A stretch of 63,957 bases of DNA, counting the filler, from Choristocarpus tenellus KU-1152 (taxonomy: Eukaryota > Protista > Phaeophyceae): NCBI GenBank assembly GCA_964200185.2. It is 11 parts of 11 records of this genome, joined end to end, with 100 filler letters (N's around TTAATTAATTAA, not from the genome) between each part and the next. Parts side by side here need not be neighbours in the genome. Positions count along the whole stretch, not along the records: positions 1 to 16,919 come from CAXNAD020000743.1; positions 17,020 to 19,809 come from CAXNAD020024735.1; positions 19,910 to 22,682 come from CAXNAD020024873.1; positions 22,783 to 26,111 come from CAXNAD020020764.1; 7 more parts are not named here. One strand, written 5' to 3'. Made by a program: the position numbers and the translations under genes. Under the pieces are notes generated by a model. The model did no database searches and was not told where the DNA came from. It was given only the letters and a program-made list of their open reading frames with translations. The stretch's first letter is position 1. Each line of letters begins with the position of its first letter. Of the stretch, positions 13,136 to 25,800 are shown one piece after another.

Positions 13136-16100
13136 GTATCCGCAACAAAGTCTCACCAACAGTATGTAAGGTACTATCCCACAAAGTGTTAGGACCTGAG
13201 CAATGAAACAAGAACAATGTTGATGGCTTCAACAAGAGGATTTGCACTTTCTTTTACTTTGCTTTCTTTGTCTGTGAAATTTCCAATGGTGTGATGTCGC
13301 TTCAGAACAGTGACATCATTATAGGATGATCAGGAACAATAACAGTTCAAGAACAATCCCGCTGAACCAGATCTTTCTACAGCCGCATTTGGAATATTCT
13401 CATCGAGGCTCTATCTGTGGTCCTTTTTTATTTTCCAATTCCTAACATATAATCATATAATGAGACAATTTGACACATATAACTGCAACTGAAAAACCCA
13501 TGTTACATAGAACATTAAATTATTGTTACATAGTAGTAAAAAATAAATGACCAGCAGGGGGGAACCACTACCAAAACATTACTGAGGCGGAGGGACCTCG
13601 AACTATCGGTCATGCCAGAAAGGTCCTGACATCATTAACTTGCAAAATAATTTCTTAATATAAAGAATAGTCCTGTCAAAAAGAAACTCTTCTCTAGTTC
13701 ATACTACCTCAAAAGCAGAAGTCTGAATAGTGATTTCGATAAACAGTGAAGCTAATCTCTGATTAGCAACTGATATGATTTTTGGGACTACTTATGGATT
13801 AAAGTGCGTGCCTTTATACTCTATTCATCCATTTCCTGAAAATCGACAACACTGCTGCTACCCAATGTCCATGTGTGACACATTGCAATTATTCCCTCCA
13901 GAAACTTCAAGAAAATATTATTCACCTTGAATAGACTCTGCCACACCCTCTTGAGTGCCACAGACTCATATTCTGAACAAATGTAGAAAATGCCATGCAG
14001 AAGGTCCTCAACAGTGCACCATAAGATTATGCCCTACAAACCCTGCTTTTAACTGACCAAAAGAAGTCCAACTTGTTGATATTCAGGTCTGCAACTACCA
14101 GGCTGAGTCGCAAGGACCACATGCCACCCATACCTTCACCTTGTTGGACATCTGGACAACCCTCTTCATTACGCAAATACACCAAATGCTGTACTTGCTG
14201 ACAAAGTCACAGGAACGGTCTGGGCATGCATTTTCCAAAATGACCATCATCTTAATGGGAATATGGCGGTTGTGCTTGGGTGTGGGAGACCCAGGACAAT
14301 CCTTGTTGGAAAAAACCCTCGCCTTTTCCATGCCCTGCATAAGGTAAGACCAGTTCTCATCCACATCGATCCAGACTTTAGTTTCTTGACATGCCGAGGA
14401 TTCAATATCAACCAAATCCACCACAAATCCACTCTGTGATCAAGATGCCACAACATTAATGTAGGTTTGATCATATTGAGTATGCCTCGCCACCCATAGG
14501 ACCTCCAGCCACCCCTGGAGTGTTGAAGATGGACTTTGAAAGACACTTTTTATCCGGGCGGACAGTAGGCTGTTTCAAGGTGCAGGACCCATTCTGGTCA
14601 TTTACATTCCAGCTTCTCTGAAATTTGTAGGAGTGAGCTCCAATGGGTGACCAGGAATTCATGCAATACCTAAGTCTAATCTAGTGCCTACAATGACCTG
14701 TTTTACCACTTCTACCCATAGCTTCAGGATGAAATTTCTTGACACCCCAAAGTCAATCACCAGGCTGAAAGACTCATTCTATGGCAAACACGACTGCCTA
14801 ATTGGAATTGCCAATCACCAAATTGACACCAGTGCATAAATATGCATTCCCCTCTCAAAGTTCACAGGAATTGTTTCTCCAAGAATTTCTCGGTAGAGCG
14901 ACATGGTAACTGTTATGGTTATGCACTCAGGAAGGGGTGATTTGTCATCCAATTTCCGAAACGTTGTTCCAACTTTGAGGTTGCCGTAAATCTCCTCTAA
15001 AACTCAGCATACCTCAAGGAGGCACAGTGAGTAGATTTCAGGAAAGAGAGTTGATTAGGGGTATGATAGCATTGCTGGTGTAGAAATACAGAGGAGGCTA
15101 AACATTGCAGAAGTGTATCCGCACTGATAATAGTCATGAGATTGCAGGATGGCAGGACAATGAGGGTAACTGTTGTGTTAAGGGGGGGAAGTTACCTCAT
15201 ACCGCCAATGACTCCATTAATATGACAACAATCATTGAAACATTTGACGACCAGCCTTTTTTTTTTGGTGCAATTGCCAACTTTGTCGAAGAATTTTCAA
15301 GCATCCAATTCTCATCCAATTCTCCAGTCAACAAAACCCTAGCACATAGAACCCTAACCCTTACACACAAGGGTTTCAAAGAGCATTGCTCCTACTGTTT
15401 TCTGCAAACACACAAAAAGCCAACAACTTTTCACTGAGCCTGTGGGGAATGAAAAACTGGTACACAACATGGGCAATAAATAAAAAGACAGAACCTATGA
15501 AAGTATGGTTGTGTAGTTCTGAAGAGAACAACTGACTAAAAAAAATACATCTCACGAGAGCACACAATATTCTTTGAAAAAAAAAATCCAAAAGAGAAAC
15601 TTTTTTGCTTCTATCGGCCCTGAATTTCTAGGATGTTTTTAACTCTTCCATATTTCCGAAAGGATATATAGCGCAAAGCAGTTAAAACTTTTTAATTTCG
15701 ATTTTTCAACAACAGTGACTATGGTACAGGATGCACAACACAGTCTCTCACCAACAGGTCCAGTGTCCACAATGTGAACAACTTGCATCACATGAGCAAA
15801 AGAACACAACTGAGAAAAAAAACTAAAATGCCAATCACTCTTTCGAATCAAGGGGAAAAATACAATTTGATTGCACTTCCATTCAAACCCCCAAACTGAT
15901 GACAAAGTAAGAACCAAAGGAAAGAGGTGAATCTTGATCATTGGAAATTCATGAGCAGCAAGATAAGTTCGGACTTTGGTCAGCGGTCTGTGCACTCAAC
16001 CATATCTAGGTAGTATTTGGAATATAAATTACACCGCCTGCAATTGACACCATATCATCAAACAGTTGCATCAACCTCATACCTAAAATGCAAAATACAG

Positions 16101-16893
16101 ATTTTTTCAAGGATCTCACAACTTAGTTATTTCCTTTTGATAGGACCCACATGCATTTGACAACAATATCTCCGAGTGGAAGGAAGAGTAGTAGCAAAAA
16201 TACATAATTTTGAAAATTCATCTACAATTCACCATTCTTGCAAGAGGGGGCAACCAAAAGTTGATGGACTTGTCGCTCAAAAGAATTCCAACAAACCATG
16301 GCCAAATGAAATGCCAATAGTGTTCCATGCCCTACCTACCAAACCAGAAACCCAGTTTATCTCTGGAGTATGCCAGGGCATTTATGCTGGAGAACAAGGC
16401 AATAATATTTCCCAAATGGTTATCTAACCCTCTGGGTGCAGAAATGGGAAGCACTTCATAAGCACCGGGGTAGGAGACAAACATAGCCAGAGAGTCACAC
16501 ACAGATATGTACCTCTTGCCAAGGCCGTACAAAAGCTCATCAGAAGAGTATCTCCACTCCACAACTAACAAGAGCATTCTCAATCAGCATTCTCGATTAG
16601 CTGGGTCCACAAAAACAATGAAATCGCCTTGGAAAACACTATGGCTGCATTGAACGGATGTATCCCATTAAGATCTCATTATGGTCAATGATTTGAAAAC
16701 GTACTGCGTTCTTCTCTGGGTTATATCACAGCAGCAATTAGGACTGGCAGGCATGTATGGGTGTTTGCAGCATATGCCAATAGGGGCTGGTGTTTGACAA
16801 CCAAAGGCTCTCCAAGTACATGTCGTCATACATTCCAAAGGACAGTGGTTACATTTGAGTCAAGAGCAGAAGACACAGTTTCAATCCATCAGC

Positions 16894-16919
16894 GGGTCAA
16901 AGTATCTGGGGGTGGGGGG
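16894..16919 (+). mobile_element. Terminus of TIR repeat family B at a contig end
   Basis: gggtcaaagtatctgggggtggggg running into the gap. Confidence 0.6.
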
Positions 16920-17019
16920 NNNNNNNNNNNNNNNNNNNNNNNNNNNNNNNNNNNNNNNNNNNNTTAATTAATTAANNNNNNNNNNNNNNNNNNNNNNNNN
17001 NNNNNNNNNNNNNNNNNNN
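16920..17019. other. Artificial contig linker N44-TTAATTAATTAA-N44. Also at 19810-19909, 22683-22782, 26112-26211, 28994-29093, 31861-31960, 35285-35384, 48680-48779, 51928-52027, 61323-61422.
   Basis: An identical 100-nt N-padded palindrome with stop codons in all six frames occurs ten times. Confidence 0.97.
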
Positions 17020-17251
17020 GCCCCTCCCTCTGGTGGCGAAGGTACCCCCCGTACAAATATCGAACCTAAGCCCATTACCTACCTCAGCCAATTTGTGTTG
17101 GAGGAATAAAAAATCGCAGAGTGAATTGTTCATGCACACACAGAGGTTGACAAGGGTGGAAAATTAGTCAGAGTGAGACAACCCAGTGCTCCATACGGGG
17201 TCTAGAATGTGGGAGAAGGCAAGGGAGCTGTGCTCATGAGATTATGGTGAT

Positions 17252-17295
<44 letters not shown>

Positions 17296-19347
17296 CTTAA
17301 GTGTGCGTACAGCACAGGGAATATTTCTCCATCGTGTGCATGTAAAGTGTTTCGTCGTAACTGTTGCTTTCAAGTTCAAGTAACAGACCTACGATGAATA
17401 GGCATTGGGAAGCTCCTTGTAATGAATTATTCACTACCAACTTACACCAATACTGATGTGGGCTGTGCTAGAGGACAGGGTCGAGTCTGTCAATGTTGGA
17501 CAGGTCAGTTAATGCACAACAGGAGGACAAATGCCTAGCGGACTAATCATGAAATGAAGCGTTAGATATGATAGCTGAAAAATGTGCGATTAGCGGATGT
17601 TACTACTTGCAGCGCTTCCTTAAGAGACTGGAGAACATTATTGCGTAGGTGAGCGACTCAGTCTCGGAATACTGGGACACAATTTTTAAGGTGGACTAAA
17701 CACCTGTTGGTATTCGACCGATCAAGTCAAAACATTCTGAGACAGTGAAGAGTCCTCGACCTCACTGAATTATAGGACAAGATGGTCGCGGACCTGCCCA
17801 CATTTGGCAGTTGATTGAAGCGTCAACGAGGCTGAAGTCTCTGAAAGAGGCACGGTTCTCACTTCAAGACACCCAATCGACGAAAAAGCGCTAAATGAAT
17901 CTGAATATTAGTGGTCAGGTGATTGATATCAAGCAAGTTCTGTGCATGGGTTGCTGGGATGTGGGCAACCATTGAGCATTAACCTTACCTACCTTTGTCC
18001 CCTTTGCCGCTACACCTCTCCTACCTTTGCTGCTGAACCTGTTACGCATTTGTACAGATTCCCGAGCTTCCGTTGTGCGCGCCTCACACCACCCTCCCTC
18101 TTCGACAAACCCCTGCGGCGCCCACCGTCCATCTTCATTAGCAACATGGGTGCAGGCATCCGACCCTCTTTATCTTCCCAATTTGCTGCATCTCTCCTCT
18201 CCAGACCCCCTCCTACCTCCTCCTGGGCATCCAAGAGGTGCCCCGCTATCCCCCCATTCAAGAAACCCAAACGTGCCCTTCCGAAGGTAGCTAAACGCTG
18301 TTGTCTCAAACTGGCAGGTCCGAGTAACGTTATCTTTGTGTGACAACGTGAAGGACAACGGAAAAAACCCGAGCTCGACGAAAGGTAAGTAAGGAGCGTC
18401 ACCCCCATTATCCTCGAAGGCTTGGTCATGATGGCAACTCCCGTGATTCGGCGAGGCTAAGGGGCATGCGGGATGTCTGGCAAAGTGTTACAAAAAGGAG
18501 GCAATGAAACGGTGACCAGTGGTGTCCTTCAACATGTGTATTTTTCCTCCTCAATCACACTCGATCAGATCAGCGGATGGGACATAGAGAACAAAAACCA
18601 AACACATTTAAGCACACACAAGCATTCAGAACAGACCTAAGAGATATAGAAGTAGCTCCCTTACCAGAGTGCACCTGCTTTGTAAAGCTTTGTCTCGCTT
18701 CAACAAGTATGTTGGATGTGCCCAACACACATATATATATATATAATACTGTAGTGTAGTATATTTGTGGATATAACATGACAGAGCACGTGTCATCAAA
18801 CCAAAGAATTGAAAATTGAAATTGAAATTGAAATTTTTTGGAGGTCAATAACCGGTAGCGGTGTTCTTAGGTTACACAAACTTGCTCGTCCGTTTCCATT
18901 CCTCCTCCATCTCGTCGGTTGTTTCTGTCGTACCATTGGGATTTCGAGCAACACCTGTACTGCTGGTAGGTTGTAGTCATACAGAAAGATGAACGAAAAA
19001 CTTGAGTATATTGTAGGAGATCATTTCAGTCAAATCCTACACCATGAGAGGGATGAGGGTTGGAAAAAGTTTCTACAGAACTTGCTTTTTTACAACATGA
19101 TTTGTGAGTAGATTGGAATTTGGACAAAGTCGGTCAAGCACAAAGATTCGTTGCCACTTTTCCCAGACTAAGATTTTCTAGATAAAAGGTGGATCGTAAT
19201 TTTTCTGTGGAACTTTATGCCAGAGTCCAGTGCACTGTGGTTCAAATTGGTGGATGCAGATATTTCAAGTCTCAACCCACTCCACTCCAGTTCCAACTCC
19301 CACCATGCTGTCCGTCAGGTGTTCGGGAGCAATCGAGTACCCCTCTA

Positions 19348-19587
19348 ATGTCCAAAGTCCAAATCGGAGGGACGGCTTCCAAACCTCGTAAAAGGGGCAA
19401 GCCCGGAGGAAGTGCAGTGCTGTTTGAAGAAGCCCCCCGCTTGCTAACGGAGGACCAGGGAGATGGGCTCATTGCTGCAGGCTTGGCTACAGCCTTACAG
19501 TGTTCGGAGGACGGTATGAGGGAGCGACTCGCGGCTCTTTCGCAGGAGCAGTATGAGCTCCTAGGCCGGCTCGAAAAAGCGAGGAAG
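19348..19587 (+). CDS. Probable coding exon of a coiled-coil protein, possibly Snapin/Pallidin (BLOC-1)-like
   Basis: MSKVQIGG...LIAAGLATALQCSEDGMRERLAALSQEQYELLGRLEKARK, then a possible donor GTGAAG. The LA.GL....L.EL.Q.Q..LL..LE pattern recalls pallidin/snapin. GC-rich, coding-like sequence. Confidence 0.35.
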
Positions 19588-20311
19588 GTGAAGATCAAAA
19601 TTGATGCAATCTGACTAATTGTTGATGTTCTTGATTGTCGTGTGCCTGTGCCGAAGTTTTGTTGGTTCGTGTTTATTTTACTGTAATAGACTCCGTTGAA
19701 GGCTAATTTCCAAGTTCCTTGACGAGGATGTACCGTCTTCTTCCAAGATTCTCTTTCTACACGCCCCCCCCCCCCCAGCTATTGCCAACAGCAGATCAAG
19801 GTTGGTCTANNNNNNNNNNNNNNNNNNNNNNNNNNNNNNNNNNNNNNNNNNNNTTAATTAATTAANNNNNNNNNNNNNNNNNNNNNNNNNNNNNNNNNNN
19901 NNNNNNNNNGCGAAACGGCGGACATGGAGAAGTGCATGTGGGTCTCGGCGTGGTTGCACATTATACGGACATACAAGTCGTCTCTGTGTGTTCGGTTTCG
20001 CGTTGGTTTGCACGTGGGTCTTGGCTGGTTGTACATCATGTGGATTGCTCGTCCTTTGTGTGTTCGGTATGGAGCTTTTTTGGAGGTTTCCATGGGCCAT
20101 GGAACTTACCTGTTTGATGTCTCCCCTTATTCCACGAGATGTAGCTGATGGGTCTGGCATTGTGGAGTGTACGTCTTAACATTTTGGGGATGCCGGGAAA
20201 ATACTATCAGGTCCTCACTTATTGATACAATTGCCTGCACCGTTGTTTACGATGCTGTCCTTTTTGTCATGCTGTCTGTGTACTGTGTCATGTGTCATGA
20301 TATCCAACCAG

Positions 20312-22507
20312 GGCTGAGAACACTGCACTACACGACCTTCGCCCTCTCAACCCGACGCTACCCTTAGATGGCCTGCAAGAGTTCACCTTCCGCAACGCAC
20401 CAAAGTTGACCATAGTGTCCATTGCCACCGAGCCAAGACTTCTCAAGGACGAAGAGGCGACCAACACCCACTTGCGCCAGGTGATGAGGAACTTGCAGGT
20501 GAAGATGCATCCTCAGGGCATCATCGCGCTATTTGTGCCCCACCCATGGGCCGTGCAATCACATCGCCTACATGGTGAGTTGGAGAGTTTGCCAGCGCTG
20601 AAATACGGGTGTATTGCAAGAGAGTATTGCAATCCGCCATGGCCGTTATCAGTCCGCCCGTGTCTCGATCGGAAACGGTGGCGGCCGTTCAAGAGGTGCG
20701 GATTCTGTCATTCGTCTTATTTTTTCGCTTTCTCCATGTTGTTTCATCTTCTTCGTACCTTGTATTTCCTTTTGTGTCTTTTACTTCCCCCCCGTGTCCT
20801 TCGTAGTTCTTTGTTTGATTGTCTGTGAGTCGCATGCTGGTGTTACTTGTTTTCATTACTTTTTTTTGCCGTCTTTCCTTCTATTTCAGAATTTCCTATT
20901 GTTTGCATTTTTGCATTTGTTATTTGGCTTGCGTTCCACCCTCATTGTACTATTATTATGTTAGTGGTGTGTATGCGATTTCATGAAGCTCAACGATACC
21001 GGACTTGTGTGCTGTCACTGTCAAGTTTGACGCTTGCCAGACCGACGCGCTCGCTCCCGCCTTCTCTTCATTGAGGGGCTCTTACGGCGTCGAAGGTGGG
21101 CTTGGTTGTGGAAGATCATCCCCTGCTAATAATGTACAAGACGAAGGGGGGGGGGCGCCCTCTTACAGGTACTGAGAACCATCTCAGATGCCACCAGGAC
21201 ATGATTCTTCTCACGCACAACGATGGGACAGAGTTCATGTGCAACAAGCGAGTCACTGTCGACAACATCTTTGGCCACGGGAGTAATCCATCTCCTCCGG
21301 TGCTCCAAACCATGTGTGACGTCCAGTACCAAGGTGCTGCGACGGACATCCCCATGAGGGGCCTCCACTTCCTCGTTAACAGGTTCGTTAATTACGTCAC
21401 ACATGCCCTTCATAGGAGCAACGACTTTTCGTGTATAGGTGTAGATCATCGTTAAACAGTAACGCAACAAGCTGGGTGATGGTTCAGGGGCGTCAAACCG
21501 TACCATGAATGTGCTTCCCTGAATCAGTGCGTTACGCGTCAAACCGTACCATGAGTGTGTTGACCTGAATCAGTACATTACTCGTACATTGCCTTATGAT
21601 GAATCCGCACACAATACATTGTACTCCTCGGGATAATTTCCGACTCGCCCTCCTATGATAGGTACACGAATCCTGGGGACACTGTCGTCTCCTTCAGCGC
21701 AGAGAGGCACAACATGATGGAGGCGGCCCTTGAACGGAGCAGGAGGGCGGAGGTGTGAAAGAGAAGATGGAGACCTCCTTCGGCCGAGCCTATAAGGACG
21801 GCAAGTGGAAGGTAATAAGGATCTGCTGACTTTTTTCCATTTTTTTCCAACTTCTTGCCTGTCTTCGTTCACCATGGATACGTGTCGGTCGTGCGGTTGT
21901 GGTAGTGATGTTTCTTTGTCCATGTTTCGCAAGTGGAAGGTAATAAGGGTGTGCTGACTTTTTTCCCATTTCTTTCCAACTTCTTGTCTCTTCGTTCGCT
22001 ATGGATAGGTGTCAGGCGTGCAGTTGTGGTAGTGATGTTTCCTTGTTCATGTCTACACATTGCTAACACGGTGCACACGGTGACCCACACCACAAACAGA
22101 AATCACGTGACCCCATGACTTTGTGTGTGAGAGTCAGTGCGTCGTAATGTCTTCCTTCCCCACACGAAAAAACAAACGTGCTGCAGTACACCTCAAGATA
22201 TTGAACCAACGCCGGAATAACCCCTACGTACGTGATGTAACCTTATCACATTGCAAACACTTCAATGCCATATGATTGGGCTGTCACATGTACGCGCATG
22301 ATGTTGCAGGTATCCACGTCTCTCGTTCAAGAACGCATGGTAGACCCTTCCTGCCTGCCGGAAGCCTTGGGGCAGACCCTCGTCCCAATTGAGACGCAGC
22401 GATGTTTTGCTGAGGCCGTCAATCCTCAGGGAAAGGCAATGGTACGCGATGAGGTGACAATTTTCGTTACGAAGACGGTGGCGACGGACTTCGGCTACCA
22501 GATCGAG
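20312..22507 (+). CDS. Spliced beta-class N6A/N4C DNA methyltransferase-like gene (N6_N4_Mtase-like fold), possibly disrupted. Exons about 20312-20574, 21076-21382, 21662-21812, 22310-22507.
   Basis: In-frame join: ...LTIVSIATEPR...HLRQVMRNLQVKMHPQGIIALFVP...RLH|GALTASKVGLVVEDHPLLIMYKTKGGG...ENHLRCHQDMILLTH...DIPMRGLHFLVNR|YTNPGDTVVSFSAERHNMMEAALERSRRAEV. This follows the beta-class motif order (IV first, X-I at the end). A TGA plus frame change at about 21756 precedes EKMETSFGRAYKDGKWK|VSTSLVQ...FGYQIE. The exon 2 acceptor is a weak GAG. Confidence 0.6.
21490..21585. repeat. 46-bp tandem duplication within an intron
   Basis: gcgtcaaaccgtaccatga(a/g)tgtg...cctgaatcagt occurs twice in tandem. 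Confidence 0.8.
21801..22050. repeat. ~130-bp tandem duplication that includes the exon 3 donor site
   Basis: gcaagtggaaggtaataagg...ccaacttcttg...cggttgtggtagtgatgtttc is repeated from about 21801 and about 21929. Confidence 0.8.
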
Positions 22508-22989
22508 GTGAATCTGGCATAGAATGCACTTCGTAACATATCTGTCAAGAACGAACGGCAGAGTCACGCTCTTGGCACGCAGTAGAAACGTTTTTTTTCT
22601 TCCCGAGTCCGAACCAATCTAATGCAGCACCCAAATACATCGCATAGAAGACTATGTGTTACAGGCGCCCCTCAATGCTCACNNNNNNNNNNNNNNNNNN
22701 NNNNNNNNNNNNNNNNNNNNNNNNNNTTAATTAATTAANNNNNNNNNNNNNNNNNNNNNNNNNNNNNNNNNNNNNNNNNNNNAAAATCGAAAAAAGGGTG
22801 AAAAACGGACGCCGACACCCCCCCCAGATACTTTTACCCACTGTGTGTTGTAAGCGTAACTACAGTAGTAGTAGCCTAAGATCTGTACACGATTTTTTCC
22901 CTTACACATTACAACAGAACACTTGTACACATATGTTCTTTCCTATTTTATCATGTGGGTGTCTTTGCCGGTAACACACCGTAACTACA

Positions 22990-23125
22990 GGAACAGATAC
23001 CCACAAGTTCAGGGGGCCTAGGCCTATCTTCTGTGAGACATTGCCAGCATGCAGCTTTTGTGGGATCACTAGTGGTCACTCTGCCGACCCGCCTTGCAAG
23101 GAAACAAGGGCCCCATGGAGAGTTT
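22990..23125 (+). mobile_element. CRE-like non-LTR retrotransposon fragment (post-RT region)
   Basis: QIPTSSGGLGLSSVRHCQHAAFVGSLVVTLP matches the LP...GGLGL.......AAF.GS motif of RLE-type non-LTR elements. Confidence 0.55.
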
Positions 23126-23299
23126 TTTATCCAGACCATTGGTGGAAGCCCAACAGTCCAGGCTCTAGGTTTGTCGATCCACACCTAACCTTAACCTCAC
23201 CCTCTCAGTTATAGCTCATCTTGGTCCGTCTGGTTCATCTTGCCTGTTGATTCTCTTCATCGCCCTTGACTGCACTACGCCGCAACAGAATCATAGGAT

Positions 23300-25800
23300 T
23301 CACACTGGTAACACTGGTGAATTCAGATATAGGGTGACAGGCCATATATTCTTTGATCACTGACAAACATGCCTAACGCAAGAACCAGAAAAAAATTGTG
23401 TTGTCAACAAGAACATCTTGCTGAACTTGTCGAGGAAACAAATGAAGAGGAGCAAAAGATCGACGAGAACCAGTTAATCCAGGACATAGAGTCATCCACA
23501 AATCATGACTCAGACACAGATTTTCCCACTAAATCCTCCTCATCGTCATCCAGCAGTTCAGAAACTGCGGGTCATAGACGAGGTTCCCTCCTGTCTCCTC
23601 CAGCAGATCATCGGGGTGGTGCACAGGAGCAGTGTTGTCGACCTTTGAGCTTCGTGTCAGCTCAGGTGACCATGATATCCATCAGTCCTTTTTTTTTTCA
23701 GGACAGTCCAGTTTCCTCTCCACGTTCAACAGCTCGTGAGGTAGCTGCTTCACAGGCACAGTTCAGCGATGCCATCCCCACGTTCATGTTGCACCACGTC
23801 AACGAGTGCGTGAGAAGCAATGCTTTGCCTGACTTCAGGATATCCTGAAGCTCCAGGCCAGTGACTACACTGTTGATCATGTAAAAACTGTCGAAAATCA
23901 TAGTGATGCCTTACACTCACGTCCAACACCTGAGCGGAATCGTTTTAGATATTTTTTTGCAGAACTGCGGAGATCCTGACTGGTCTGGCAACCACAGGTT
24001 CTTGGGAAGAAGGACTCAGGATTTATTTTCTCTGAATGGCATGTCGCAATCAGTCTACACTCCCGTCATTCCGTCCTCACCCTGAAACTTAAGGCGCTTG
24101 TTGTGTGGAATGTTTCCCGAAAATTCTTCCAGGCGCTGGTGAAACATTATTCGTTCAGCCGTTGGTGGGTATTGTAGAATGGGGTTCACCTAGTGATTTC
24201 GTCAGATTACAGTCATCCCCTCATACCCCTGTTCCAATAACCCCTCCAACATCGTGGAAAGATGTATGAAATGCTTTCATTAACCCATTCACCCCTGCCC
24301 ATGCTGTGAGTGTTTTTCCTGTAGACTTAAACATCCTTGAAACAGGAAGAGACGGAGTCTTTTGACGAGTACACTCTACGTTTCACAACGGCAATGAATC
24401 GATCCTCGAGGATGTTCGTCATACAAAACCCCCTTTAGATTGTTTTGACACAACCAAGTGAAAGTATATTCGAGGGTACGAGTTTTGCCCTGTTTGTCCG
24501 TTTAGGGCTTGGCTTACCACTTTTTTATTAATGACATTTTACCTACTCCGAAATGTTTTGGAGTAGGTAAAATGTACACATTATGAAAAGGTGTGCGTGG
24601 AACAAGAATATTAACACCTGCTAACAAACACGATAGCCAAATTACATCAAAATCGCGACAATGGTTTTGGACCCCAAACGAACGCGACTGTGCCCTCTAA
24701 CATACTTTGACTCAACCCTCCTTGTTGAACAGCTCAAAATCACCCTCGTAGAAGATGGCATACTCCCTACGATTCGTCTTGAACCAATCCGAAGAAGAGC
24801 CCGCTACAACGTTTGCTCAGGCCGGTCACCGTGCCAAACGTCATGAAGCCAGCAACTTGTCTGGTCATAACCCTATCCCCACAACTTGAGCCAGTGCTAC
24901 TGTCGTTCATAAACCCAGTCTTGAGCACGTTCCTCGTTTGGACTTTGTCCAACTCCAAAAAGAGAGCCAATGTCTTCGGACAGAGGTGGATCGCAACCGA
25001 GCATGGGAAACAGCCCTGACCCGATCCTCAACTCAGTTGTTGACGAGTATAGCTGTCACAGTCCGTCCAGCTGGCCGTTCAGCATTATCATGACCTCATC
25101 GTCTGCCTGATCGTGTAGAGTCCCAAGCTACACCCTATCATCATGTTGACATACAGCAGAATATATGTCACATAACAGTTCGTTCCATTACCCTGGTTGC
25201 CAGGTAACAGCTCATGATGGCCAATTGACCCAATTGTTCCTGGACCACACCCAGATGGTACTCTTAGGCTGTTGTTGTTTCATAGGGGAAGAAGTTGTGG
25301 AAGCCATGGCCATGAGGATAGACAGCCAATTGCTGGTCTATACATTCCTCGTCCATTAGGGTGCCTCAATGGATCTGACTCTTGTGCATTTGGGAAGGAG
25401 CATGGTTTAGTTAACGGCATCATAGGGAGTGGCAAGCTTCAGAAGTTCAAGCCAGTCGCACCATTTGCTCCCCAGGCATCATTTATTGCTCTGTTCGTCT
25501 GTTAAATGGGCATTTTTCTTTGCTTTTAATTCAACCAAGGTCGTAAGATAAGAATCAAACTTGCTTCAAACATTCTTTGTGCAGATACCCATCTACTCCA
25601 AAACCTTGAATGTTTTCATCACAAAGGCAGGATACCACTAGCATGCTTACTTGTTGGCCTATTGTACTTCAAGCTTATGATTTCACTGCCAAACACAAGC
25701 CTGGTAAGCTAAATGTTTCACGTGACGCTCTATCTCGCATTTCCAAGTTCGAGGAACAGGAGAAATCCATTAGTCCAATGTTGAAAATCATCTGTTGCGA
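23300..25800 (+). mobile_element. Degenerate Ty3/Gypsy LTR retrotransposon (gag and RNase H remnants), interrupted by a MITE
   Basis: Gag-like KQEETESL/EYTLRFTTAMNR at about 24340-24400 (Q...ES..EY..RF motif). RNase H C-terminus MLTCWPIVLQAYDFTAKHKPGKLNVSRDALSR at about 25640-25740. Many stops and frameshifts. Confidence 0.7.
24456..24713 (+). mobile_element. MITE family A, full length, AACC TSD, inserted in the Gypsy gag region
   Basis: aacc|aagtgaaagtatattcgagggta ... ccctctaacatactttgactc|aacc. Confidence 0.9.

Noticed and set aside
17942-18429. Overlapping 133-aa and 139-aa ORFs
   Set aside because: No recognisable family, and strand and splice structure are ambiguous. A small plus-strand exon (about 18318-18384) is possible but cannot be supported.
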